Part shown: positions 17,747-26,950 of the stretch, piece by piece
Layout of the letters: every line of letters begins with the position of its first letter
Position numbering within the stretch: position 1 is the stretch's first letter
Source of the DNA: Dehalococcoidia bacterium
GTDB lineage: Bacteria > Chloroflexota > Dehalococcoidia > DSTF01 > JACRBR01
Direction of reading: 5' to 3'
Length of the DNA stretch: 45,510 nucleotides
Assembly: GCA_041494685.1 (NCBI GenBank)
Contig: JBGQBE010000024.1
Location: forward strand, 1-45,510
Notes under the pieces: generated by a model
What the model saw: the letters and a program-made list of their open reading frames with translations, nothing else
What the model was told of the DNA's origin: nothing
Database searches by the model: none
Translations under genes and position numbers: made by a program

Positions 17747-18064
17747 GCCCGGCCTTCAAACGAGCGTACTGCTCGACCGCTACCCGCAACAGCTGCGCGC
17801 CTCAGCGCACCTCATCGATCCGCCACCGCTCCCACAGAGAGTACACCGCGCACGCTCGTCTTGAACAACCATAGGATCTGCCAACGATCGGGACACAGCG
17901 AGGCGTGCGGGCAGTGCTGGGCCAGGGACGGAAGGAGCGGCGGCATCGTGGCGGGTGGAGGGGAGGAGCCGCCGCCCCTTCCGGGGAGGAATCGTACGTA
18001 CGTATCGTCCGCGGTCGTTGCGCCGCCGTTGCCATCCGCGGCACGCACGTCACAGAAACATTCC

Positions 18065-18465
18065 GTCTTGTTGAATGCTCCGGCTTTCCCGTTCGTCTGC
18101 GGCCGGTTAGGGCCGCGTGCGCTTGAGCCGCACACCGTGGGTGACCGCGACTGCTGCCACAGCGTACGAGCGACGGTTGCCGCCGTTGTCGGTGAGGATG
18201 CGCTCGACGTGTGCTCCGAGTGCCTGGAAGGTGGCGAACACTCGTTCCAGGAAGGCCGCGGTCGTGTCTCCTGGCTCGTCCGGCAGCGCCTCTGCGTACG
18301 CGTAGCGGCTGTAGTCATCGACGGCGACGTGCACGAAGTCGTGCCCAGGCCACGGCTGGCCTGCCGGCCGGCGCCCGTCTCCCGAAGCCGGCGTCGAAAC
18401 GCTCGCCACCGCCATCCGCGATGCGGCCGAGCTTCTTCACATCGAGGTGCAGCAGTTCGCCGATC
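18065..18465 (-). pseudogene. IS481-family transposase internal fragment
   Basis: GELLHLDVKKLGRI, HDFVHVAVDDYSR, VERILTDNG, RTRP/RPQTNGKA spread across three frames. Confidence 0.88.
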
Positions 18466-18575
18466 AAGCTCGGTCGGCACACCTACGAACCGCACCGCTC
18501 GCGGATCAACGATCTTCGGCCTTCAGGTCCGATAGCTGTCCCGAACGTGTATCGTAGCTCAAGGAGGGGTTCGCA

Positions 18576-19023
18576 ATGACGCCCCGATCCAAGATCGTCG
18601 ACGACTTCGCTCGTTGGACGGCGCTTTCGGCGTTACGGTCTGGAGCAAGCCACCCGAAGGCACGAGACGTTTTACGGGGCGCTCGACTCCGTCAAGTTCG
18701 ATCCCCTCTTCGACTCGAACCGAGCCGCCATCGATGACGCGGAGTTCGGACGATGGCATCGAACGAACGTCGAGAAGCTCGGCGCGCGGAAGTTCTGCGT
18801 CGGCTGGGCAGCCAAGCTCATCAACATGTACCGGAAGACGCGCGTGTACCTCGCCGGAGAGGGCCGCAATGGACTATCCGCGCTCATACATCCGCCCGTC
18901 GACAACGGTCTTTGCCCTGTGCCAGAAGTGATGGCTCCGGCAAGGTGGCGAGTACGGCGATCACGGTCGTCGCGACGAGCCCATAACATGGCTATGCCCA
19001 CAGAGTTGAGTTCAACATGTTGA
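18576..19023 (+). pseudogene. Frameshifted hypothetical protein with GWAAKLINxY..HPPVD motif
   Basis: AAGGAGG then ATG 18576; frameshift at GTTTTAC near 18670; continues ..FCVGWAAKLINMYRKTRVYLAGEGRNGLSALIHPPVDNGL; probably truncated after about 18915. Confidence 0.6.
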
Positions 19024-19619
19024 AGCTTGTCGTTGCCACTTGTCTCGTGACGATCGTAGCCTTGACGGCGATGTGTCCGCCCGCGACCGCCGACCAGGGC
19101 GTGTCGGTGAGCCTAGGCCGGATCGATGTGAGCCAGCGGCTGTCGCCGGGTGGACGCTACCATCTTCCGACCATCGCTGTCACCAACGTCGGAAATGTCG
19201 CGCAGAGGTACGACGTCGTGGTGAACTACCTTGATGAAACTGGGCGAAAGCGCCCGCCGAGCAGCTGGTTCCGCATCAGTCCGTCGAGCATCGATCTCGC
19301 ACCACGCGAATCGAAGGCGGTTCAGTTCGACATCGACCTGCCGACGGGCGCTCGCCCCGGCTCGTCCTTGGCGATGATCGAGGCACATCCTGCGCAGGCG
19401 GCCGAAGGAACTCTGATCAGTGCTGCTGCGGCCACCCGCGTGTCGTTCCCTGTCAAACCAGCGAACCGGCTCGGGGCGTGGCGGCTGAAGGTCGAGCGGA
19501 CGATAGATGATTACTCTCTATGGTCATATGCCTTCCCTGCGTTCTCACTGGCGATCCTAGCATTGTTCATGCTGCGGCGTAGCCTACGCGTGAGCGTCAA
19601 CGTCGAGCGCAGGCGCTGA
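19017..19619 (+). CDS. Exported protein with Ig-like beta domain and C-terminal TM anchor
   Basis: Signal peptide (..PPATA-D); TIAVTNVG..WFRISPSSIDLAPRESKAVQFDIDLPTGARPG; C-terminal hydrophobic helix followed by basic residues. Confidence 0.75.
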   Translation: MLKLVVATCLVTIVALTAMCPPATADQGVSVSLGRIDVSQRLSPGGRYHLPTIAVTNVGNVAQRYDVVVNYLDETGRKRPPSSWFRISPSSIDLAPRESKAVQFDIDLPTGARPGSSLAMIEAHPAQAAEGTLISAAAATRVSFPVKPANRLGAWRLKVERTIDDYSLWSYAFPAFSLAILALFMLRRSLRVSVNVERRR

Positions 19620-19651
19620 AAGTGACGTGTCACGGCGGCGCCTACAAGACG

Positions 19652-20102
19652 ATGCGACGGATCCTAATTGCCGTCTTGTTCGCCGCCATAGCCGTCTCTT
19701 CAAATGAGCCAGACGGCGTCTCTCGTGCGCAGATCATCGACAACGTGTCCGCTTCGGTGCGTGTCAATCCGCTCGAGGCGAAGCTGGCGGTCGGGCCGGA
19801 GAGCGTGCGCGTAGGCCAAGGTCGTCGTGGCGATAAGCCAGATCTCGAACGCCGGTCGTTCCCGCGTCTTTCTCTTGGAGCAACGGCTTGGCTATCAGAC
19901 CGGGGCGCTGCGCGTGCTGTTGCACATCGGATCTAGGGAAACCATGTCATGCCGTTCGCATATCGGACGGTACGTCTGGGTGTTGCTGGCGCAGCGTCCT
20001 GGACGGTTCGTGCTCGTGGCTTCGGCTACTGCGATGACCTCGGATGGTGTTCCGATTCACGTGGACAGCAACGGCGAAATGCTGGACGTGCGGCCTCGCT
20101 GA
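19652..20102 (+). pseudogene. Frameshifted exported beta-rich protein
   Basis: Signal peptide MRRILIAVLFAAIAVSS; coding-like sequence moves near 19820 into the 19827-20102 frame (..YVWVLLAQRPGRFVLVASATA..). Confidence 0.5.
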
Positions 20103-20217
20103 TCGGTTAGGGTTTCGACGGGCGCGGACACTTGTGCGGGTCCATGTGACCCCGCGACGATGCGCCGGATGCCGGGTGGGTGACCGACTTGAACTGGGGA
20201 GATTCGGATCTGACCGA

Positions 20218-20238
20218 GACAGCAACGCTGACAGCAAC
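20218..20238 (+). repeat. Direct repeat GACAGCAAC-gct-GACAGCAAC, putative integrase arm-type sites
   Basis: Perfect 9-mer repeated with a 12-nt period, about 105 nt inside the tRNA fragment. Confidence 0.6.
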
Positions 20239-20342
20239 CCGGCCGCACGGGGCCGGACGATAGCGGACACCGACGGAACGTGGAGCGCTGGGTCGTCACG
20301 TGTACGGCCGCCTGAGGACGGCGACGGACGCGTGGAAGCGAC

Positions 20343-20387
20343 CTTCGGAACCGAGGGTCGGGGGTTCGAATCCCTCCGGGCGTGCCA
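20343..20387 (+). other. 3' half of tRNA-Arg(TCG); putative attR site of an integrated element
   Basis: Loop CTTCGGA, 3' anticodon stem ACCGA, variable loop, T arm GGGGG-TTCGAAT-CCCTC, acceptor CGGGCGT-G-CCA; no 5' anticodon strand, D arm or 5' acceptor upstream. Confidence 0.85.
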
Positions 20388-20422
20388 CTTCTCAGATTCA
20401 GAATCGGCTCGTAGACAACACC

Positions 20423-20448
20423 GTGCCCCGCACCCAGTGGGGCATTTT
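20423..20448 (+). terminator. Possible intrinsic terminator downstream of the tRNA 3' end
   Basis: GTGCCCC-gcacccagt-GGGGCAT followed by TTT. Confidence 0.5.
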
Positions 20449-20795
20449 GCTCACACGGCCCCGAACACGGCGCGTGTACGTGCGCCGGAAGCGGATTCGG
20501 TCCGGTCTGCCGTGTACGACTAAGGCTTGGCGACCTTTGCCCGAGCACCCCTCCGCACCAGCGCAAGCTGGCCGTCGGCCGTCGAGGGCGCATCCCCGTC
20601 GGACCGAAAGAGCGAAAGCACGATGCGTCCTTTGGCCACGCCTAGCCCGCGCGCCGATTCACGAAGGATGAGGCCCTGCAACTTCCCCCAATCTTCGAAC
20701 GAGACGTGAACCTCGGTCAGCGTGCCTTTGCGCGTGGACGAGTTGGTACGGCTTGCCTACCTTCGCGGGGATCGAGATGCCTGGATTCGTCATCT

Positions 20796-23700
20796 TCAGT
20801 GCCATCCAAGCAGTGAAATCGTGCGGGACGGGAATCGGCCGTAGTGCAGTACGGTCAAGCGTACATGAACCAATGCGGCCTCCATTGCCCGAAGCGCACT
20901 GGCGAGGACGGGCGCAGCAGCGCGAGTAGCGGGAACCGGCGCTGACGACTCCGCCGCTCCGGCGGGCGGCGCGGACGCCGACGCATCTGTGACCTCGAAT
21001 GTTCCGCCATCGCTGCGTCCCCAGACCTCGGGGAAGTACTGCTCGTACGCGGTCGCCGGCGGCAGCTTGAAAACGCCGGGGGTCGTGGCGCGCGCGAAGT
21101 AGGTGTACTCGTACACGCCCTTCGCGATGAAGCGTGCGAACAGCACGGCGCGGTTATCGCGAAGGTCCGTGTGGCCGAAGGGGCTGTATCGCTTGTCGAC
21201 TTGATATGACCGGCGCTGCGCCTCGGCGAGCTGGCGCCGGATCTCGGGCGGCGTCGTCTTGAGCGTGGTGTCGACGGCCTCCAGGCCGGCGGGCAGGTAG
21301 TCCTCCAGCACGACGAAGTTGAGGTCGGAGGGCGCGACGATGGTGACCTTCACGCGCACGACGTCGCCGAGCTTCGCCTGCCGGATCAGCGTGCCGGCGG
21401 CGTCGTCGGCGAGCGCATATTCGTGCGAGACGCCGATGCCGTAGTTCGCGGCCTCGACATCGTCGGCTGGCGTGAAATAGCGAAGGTGCGCGGTGTAGTA
21501 GAGCCTGCCCGCGGCGTCGGCGGGAGAGCGCCGGATGCCCAGTTCGTTCGTCTGGTCCTTCAGCAGGTCTTTCATCTGGATGACGACGGTGTCTTCCTGG
21601 CGAACCTTGCCCTTCTCGGCCTTGCCGGACAGCTTGGTGTCTCCGTTGAGCGACACCTTGTAGCTGAAGCCGGCCTGCGCGTCCCTACGCACGAGCATGA
21701 AGTCCGTGATGGCGAGCAGCGCGACGGCGGTATCGTGCGGCGACTCCCAGTGCCCGTCCTTGCGGGCGACCATCAGCCAGCGGAGCGTGCTGTCGACGAG
21801 CGGGTTGTCCGGTTGAAACTCCGTGAGCGCCTGGAGCACCTGCGCGGTCGACTGCGTGCTGTTACTGAAGATGTTCGGATCGTAAGCCGACTCCTCCCAG
21901 TGGTTGCCCGTCGCCGAGGGGATCGCGGCCCCCTGCAACTCGCTCAGGAGCGACGTCAGCCGCGGGTCCGTGGCGGCGCCGCCGGCGAGCTTGATCGCGA
22001 GCGCGAGCCATGCCTTGCCGGTGTTGCTCATGCCGGGGTGCTGCTCGGCGAGGGCGAAGGTGCGGCCGAGGTCGCCGTAGCCGTCGCGCGCGAGCGCGTA
22101 GAGGATCAGCGCCTTGAGGTCGAGCTGCGGCGACAGCACGTCGCGCTGCACGTCGAGCTGCTGTAGCAGGTAGCGCGACGCGTTGCCCTCGATGGCGCGA
22201 TCGACCTGGTAGCCGTCGCGGCCGGCCTCGGCGAGGCCGAGCACGACCCAGGCGGTGATCGCGGCATCCGAATCGTCGTCGATCCACCAGCCCCAGCCGC
22301 CGTCGACGTGCTGGCTGGCGTACAGCCGCTGCAGCGATCGCTGGACGAGCGCGTCGGTGCTCGCGCTGTCCTGCGGGGACGCGAGGTCGGTAATGCCAAG
22401 TTGCGTCGTCGCGCGACGGAGAGCCAGCACGGACACCAACCGGCTGGCGGTCGTCTCAGCGCTCTCGTACGGGTATTCGTTGATGTAGTCGACGGCGGTG
22501 TTCGCGCCGGCCGCGAGTGACGGCGCCACCTTCACGGTGAGTTCGCCGGCGTCCGGCCGGACGTAGTACGGCACGTCGATCGCCTCCGCGCCCTGGTCCG
22601 TCACCTCGCCGGCGGTGCCGACCGTCTCGGGCGTGAAGTACGAGTAGAGCGGCAGCGTGAGCTTGACCGAGTCGGACTTGCCGCCGCCCTTCGCGTCGAA
22701 CGTCAGATCAAAGCTGTCGCGACCGGCAGGCACGCTGGTGTCCCAGCGGACGAGCGTGTCGCCGCCGGCCGGTACCGTCACGTGCTTTGTGGCGTCGCCG
22801 CGAAGGGTGATGCCGTCCGCCTTGAGTGAAACGTCCACGTCGAGCGCCGCGGCGGTGGAATTGTGGACCGAGGCGCCGAGCGACGCCTGGTCGCCGGCGA
22901 CCAGGAAGCGGGGCACTGCCGGCCGGAGGATCACCTCCTTGCTCGTCACGATCTCGTTGCGAGCCTCGCCGGCCTTCGTGTCAGCGGTGACGCCGCGGGC
23001 AGTGAGCCGCCACGTCGTGAGCGTGTCCGGCAGCTTCACGTCAACTGTGGCGCTGCCGTCGTCGCCGGTACGGAGCGACGCGTTCCAGTACGCGGTGTTC
23101 GGGAAGAATGTGCGCGTCTCATCACCGCTGCCTCCGCCGCCTCCCTTGCCGCCCTGCGCCAGGCGTATCGCAAGCTCGTTCGCGCGGTCGATGGAGACGG
23201 AGTAGCTCGATCCGCTGGTGACGCTGAGCGGGCGCTGCGACCAGAACGCCTGGAGGGCGGGACGCGCGGGGTCGTCCTGCAACGACAGCACCGACTTGTC
23301 GACGAGCGCGAGCGAGACCTCGGCCGGGATGGCGTTCCCCGTGCTGTCGGTCGTCTTGATGGTGTAATGCGCCGTATCGCGCGGCGCGTATTTGTCCTTG
23401 TCGGGCGTGATCGTGATGTGCAACTGCTTTACGTCGGTGGATACCTTGAGGTTGACCATCCCGAGCTTCACCTGCGGCAGCGGGTCGTCCGCCGTCCCCG
23501 GCTTGAACAGCATCACGCCGACGAAGATGTTGGGCACGTGCGCTTCCGTGATCGGCACTTCGATCACCTCCGAGTTCGTCGCGAAGTCGCGCAGCTCGTA
23601 GCTCATCAGCCGGCCACGCTCCTGCGTGACAATCCCACGGCTCGCGGTGAACGGAGCGGCGACGAGGATCTTCGCCGTGTCGCCGGGCTTGTACTCGTCC

Positions 23701-26700
23701 TTGTCCGCGATGAGCTGGATCACGTCGTCGTTGCCGACGCGCCAACTCGCGTACTCGGGGCTCGAGGCCCAGAGCTCAACGGAAGACTTGATCGGGTTGC
23801 CGCTGGTGTCCTTCGACTCCGCGAGCACGTAGTACTCGCCACTCTTCGACGGGCGGAAGGTGAACCGGCCCTTGCCGTCGGCGCCGGTCGTGACGTCGAT
23901 GGTCTGGTCGAGCGTGTCCTGCGCCGTGCTGCTGTAGTGCTGCGTCCCGTCAGCGTCCCGCTGGCGCACGGTCTTCCATTGCCTGGCGAACACGCTGACG
24001 TGCAGCTGGCTGTTCGGCACGACCTTGCCGTCGATGCCGAGACTGACGACGTCGACGCCGGCGTCCTGCCCTGCCGCCGCGACGTAGTCCACCGGCTTCA
24101 TGCCGATGTAGAACCGGCCCTTGTGCACGATCACGCCGGTGAAGGCGCCGACCGCCTGGCCGTTCTGGTCGGTCACCGTCGCTTCCAGCGTGAACGTCTG
24201 GCTGAGCGGATCGCCGCTGAGGTCGGCTGGCACGCTGATGGCGAGCGTGCCGGTGGCGTCCGTCGTGCCTTTGCCGGTGCCGCGTACGTGCTGTTGCGGC
24301 TCGTAGTAGGGCCCTTCACCGTAATCGTAGTTCGGCGTGTAGTCGCTGAAGCTGAAGCCGGGATAGTCGTCGCTGCCGAAGAAGTACGGCTGCGACGTCA
24401 CGGTCCACTGCACGGCTGCGTTGGCGAGCGGCGCGCCGAAGAAGAGATCGGCGGTCACGCTGGCGCCAATGCGCTCCCCGTTGACGTACGCCTCCTTCCC
24501 CGGCGTGACGTTTACCTCGAATTCCGGGTTCTTGAATTCGGCGACACGGAACGAGATCTGCGCGAGCGACGGCTGGTAGTACGTCGGCGGGGAGATCGAG
24601 GCCAAGTCGACGCGCGCCCAGTACTGGCCGGTGGCGGCGTCCGGGCTGAGGGCGAGTTGCGTGTCGAAGGTGCCCAAGTCGGAGAGCGTCACGTCCTGTG
24701 ACTTGATCTCGCGCCCGCGGTCATCGTTGATCACGAGCCGAAGCGGCGTCGAGGGCGGCAGCGTGTACCGGGCATCATCGTCCTTCCGCACGACTCCCTT
24801 GAAGTTGACCGTCTCGCCGGGGCGGTAGATAGGGCGGTCGGTGTACAGGTAGCCAACAAGCTCCGGCAGAATGAACTGGAAGCCAGCTTGCGAGATCCGC
24901 GCCGCGGGGTTGATGCCGTTGCTCCACTGCGTGCCGGAAAGGGCGACGCGCCCGCCGGCACGTAGAGACACGTAGTAGCCAGGGTAGACGTCGCCGTTCG
25001 CCGGTATGGGCGCATCGACACGCGCAACGCCGTCGGCATCCGTCGTGCCGTGGGCGATGACGGCGGCGTACTGGTCGAGTACGTCGAACGGCGTCGCGGC
25101 GATCGGGGCGCCGCTCTGCATATCGACCATCCACACCAGCACGTCGTGGCTGGTCCACTTGGTGATGACATTGACGCTGCTGACGACGAACGGCATCGTC
25201 TCGACGTTCGGCGTTCCCGGCGCGGTGACGCGCAGCAGGTACACGCCCTCCGGCAGCTTGTCGCCAGCGGCCGCGAGGCGTGTCATCACGGAGACGGGCT
25301 TGTCGAGCGGCGGGTTCGTGACGGTCTCGCTCCAGCTGCGGATCGGGTCGCCCGAGACCGCCGTGTCGCCCTGTACGCCGCGCTCGTACGCGATGAGCCC
25401 GTCGGAGCCGGACTTGTAGAGCGAGAAGTCGACGCGGCCGAGGTTCCAGGCGGTGACGCCGACCTGCGGGTCGAGGTAGGCGTCGAAGGTGCCTGTCAGG
25501 TAGGACCGGAACAGGTTGAAGCTGGGCTGCATGCGCTGCGTAACGAACCGCAGGTCCAAGGGCGCGGCCAGGTGCGCGCCGTAGCGGTCGACCGCGTCTG
25601 TGGTGAGCGTCACGCGGTACGGGCTCGACGGCGACATCGGGAAGCCGATGTTCAGCTCCGTATCTTCGGGCTGCCAGTTCATGTACGGGTCGCTGGCGGG
25701 CTTCGGGTCGATGCTGATGTGACCCTCGACGGACTTCTCGTCCATCGGGTTGTTGAACCGGATCGTGACGCCGTAGCGATCGGCGGACTGCGAGCCGTTC
25801 GCCGGCGTCGTGTTATCGACGCGCGGGACGCCCACGGTGCTGAACGTCCAACGCACGTCGCCGGCCGAAGCTGCTGCTCCGTCCGGCGTCTTGACGCCGC
25901 CACGCACCGTCGCCGCGAACGTCGTATCGAGCGCGAGCGGCCGCGCCGGGTGGAAGACATATGCGCGGTCGTTGGTCCACTCGATCGTGCCGGACACCGT
26001 CGCGCCCGACCGCTGCACGGCCAGGCCGAACGCCGCTGACGCGGACGCGCGGTCGACGGGCTGGTTGTACGCGACGCTGATCTCCGGCAGCGGCGCGACG
26101 AACTTGCTTCCGTCCGCCGGCGCGTAGGCCACTACCTTCGGCGTCAGCGTGGTGAACGAGAAGGCGTAGTCGGCGTCGAGCGTCGCTCCCAGCTCGTTCG
26201 CCAGACCAGCCTTCACGTGCACGGTGTAGTGGGTCGACGGCGCCCAGCCGGCGCCTTGCGGCGTGAAGGTGTAGAGCGAGGTATTGAGCCACCGCCCCTG
26301 GCCGGCCACAGGCGGATCGAACGCGAGGATGCCGTCAGCACCGCGCTTCGAGATCACCGTCAGAGGAGCGACGGAGCGATTGAACTGCACCATGATGGCG
26401 CCGTCGAGCGCGACTTCGGCCGAGCCGTCCTGCGGGAACGCCGATGCGATCTGTAGCTTGCCCTCCGTGCTGAAGCGGAAACCCACGTCGACCGGGCCGG
26501 CGTCCTGGGGCACCTGCGTGGGCGAGAGCTTGAGGCTGACGTCGTACGTGACACCGCGGGCGAAGCCCGGCCATGCGGGGCGGAACGTGAGGATGTCGCC
26601 GACGAACTGACGGCTCCCCGCGGGTTCGTTGCTGATCTGGAGCGCGGCGAGCGCTGCTGTGCGGTCGATTGAGCCGGCAAGGCGGATGCGGACCGGCGTC

Positions 26701-26939
26701 ATCGGTGAGACGTCGGCGCTGCCGGGGCCGAGCACATCCACGCACAGCGGCCTGTCGCAGTTCGACCCGCCGCCGCGGGTGAACAGGAGCACGCCGCCGG
26801 TGGCCGCGCCGACGACGACCGCTGCCACGACCGCGCAGACGGCGACCTGTGCGCGGCGGTCGAGCGTACGCCACCGCTGGCGGAGCCGCGATGACGTGGA
26901 CCGGATGCGGTCGGCAATGGCATGAGTACGGGTCGACAT
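20796..26939 (-). CDS. Bacterial alpha-2-macroglobulin with N-terminal TM and Ig-like domains, lacking the thioester motif
   Basis: YTDRPIYRPGETV, VAEFKNPEF, ALVDKSVL, RTFFPNTAYW, LPDTLTTWR, DGGWGWW, EDYLPAGLE, YFPEVWGRS; YPYESAET in place of YPYGCxEQ; start ATG 26939 after GAGGAG. Confidence 0.95.
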   Translation of the reverse strand: MSTRTHAIADRIRSTSSRLRQRWRTLDRRAQVAVCAVVAAVVVGAATGGVLLFTRGGGSNCDRPLCVDVLGPGSADVSPMTPVRIRLAGSIDRTAALAALQISNEPAGSRQFVGDILTFRPAWPGFARGVTYDVSLKLSPTQVPQDAGPVDVGFRFSTEGKLQIASAFPQDGSAEVALDGAIMVQFNRSVAPLTVISKRGADGILAFDPPVAGQGRWLNTSLYTFTPQGAGWAPSTHYTVHVKAGLANELGATLDADYAFSFTTLTPKVVAYAPADGSKFVAPLPEISVAYNQPVDRASASAAFGLAVQRSGATVSGTIEWTNDRAYVFHPARPLALDTTFAATVRGGVKTPDGAAASAGDVRWTFSTVGVPRVDNTTPANGSQSADRYGVTIRFNNPMDEKSVEGHISIDPKPASDPYMNWQPEDTELNIGFPMSPSSPYRVTLTTDAVDRYGAHLAAPLDLRFVTQRMQPSFNLFRSYLTGTFDAYLDPQVGVTAWNLGRVDFSLYKSGSDGLIAYERGVQGDTAVSGDPIRSWSETVTNPPLDKPVSVMTRLAAAGDKLPEGVYLLRVTAPGTPNVETMPFVVSSVNVITKWTSHDVLVWMVDMQSGAPIAATPFDVLDQYAAVIAHGTTDADGVARVDAPIPANGDVYPGYYVSLRAGGRVALSGTQWSNGINPAARISQAGFQFILPELVGYLYTDRPIYRPGETVNFKGVVRKDDDARYTLPPSTPLRLVINDDRGREIKSQDVTLSDLGTFDTQLALSPDAATGQYWARVDLASISPPTYYQPSLAQISFRVAEFKNPEFEVNVTPGKEAYVNGERIGASVTADLFFGAPLANAAVQWTVTSQPYFFGSDDYPGFSFSDYTPNYDYGEGPYYEPQQHVRGTGKGTTDATGTLAISVPADLSGDPLSQTFTLEATVTDQNGQAVGAFTGVIVHKGRFYIGMKPVDYVAAAGQDAGVDVVSLGIDGKVVPNSQLHVSVFARQWKTVRQRDADGTQHYSSTAQDTLDQTIDVTTGADGKGRFTFRPSKSGEYYVLAESKDTSGNPIKSSVELWASSPEYASWRVGNDDVIQLIADKDEYKPGDTAKILVAAPFTASRGIVTQERGRLMSYELRDFATNSEVIEVPITEAHVPNIFVGVMLFKPGTADDPLPQVKLGMVNLKVSTDVKQLHITITPDKDKYAPRDTAHYTIKTTDSTGNAIPAEVSLALVDKSVLSLQDDPARPALQAFWSQRPLSVTSGSSYSVSIDRANELAIRLAQGGKGGGGGSGDETRTFFPNTAYWNASLRTGDDGSATVDVKLPDTLTTWRLTARGVTADTKAGEARNEIVTSKEVILRPAVPRFLVAGDQASLGASVHNSTAAALDVDVSLKADGITLRGDATKHVTVPAGGDTLVRWDTSVPAGRDSFDLTFDAKGGGKSDSVKLTLPLYSYFTPETVGTAGEVTDQGAEAIDVPYYVRPDAGELTVKVAPSLAAGANTAVDYINEYPYESAETTASRLVSVLALRRATTQLGITDLASPQDSASTDALVQRSLQRLYASQHVDGGWGWWIDDDSDAAITAWVVLGLAEAGRDGYQVDRAIEGNASRYLLQQLDVQRDVLSPQLDLKALILYALARDGYGDLGRTFALAEQHPGMSNTGKAWLALAIKLAGGAATDPRLTSLLSELQGAAIPSATGNHWEESAYDPNIFSNSTQSTAQVLQALTEFQPDNPLVDSTLRWLMVARKDGHWESPHDTAVALLAITDFMLVRRDAQAGFSYKVSLNGDTKLSGKAEKGKVRQEDTVVIQMKDLLKDQTNELGIRRSPADAAGRLYYTAHLRYFTPADDVEAANYGIGVSHEYALADDAAGTLIRQAKLGDVVRVKVTIVAPSDLNFVVLEDYLPAGLEAVDTTLKTTPPEIRRQLAEAQRRSYQVDKRYSPFGHTDLRDNRAVLFARFIAKGVYEYTYFARATTPGVFKLPPATAYEQYFPEVWGRSDGGTFEVTDASASAPPAGAAESSAPVPATRAAAPVLASALRAMEAALVHVRLTVLHYGRFPSRTISLLGWH

Positions 26940-26950
26940 GGCGCTCCTCC

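Noticed and set aside
20300..20387. Intact tRNA-Arg gene
   Set aside because: Sequence upstream of the anticodon loop cannot pair with ACCGA and has no D arm or 5' acceptor strand; only the 3' half is present
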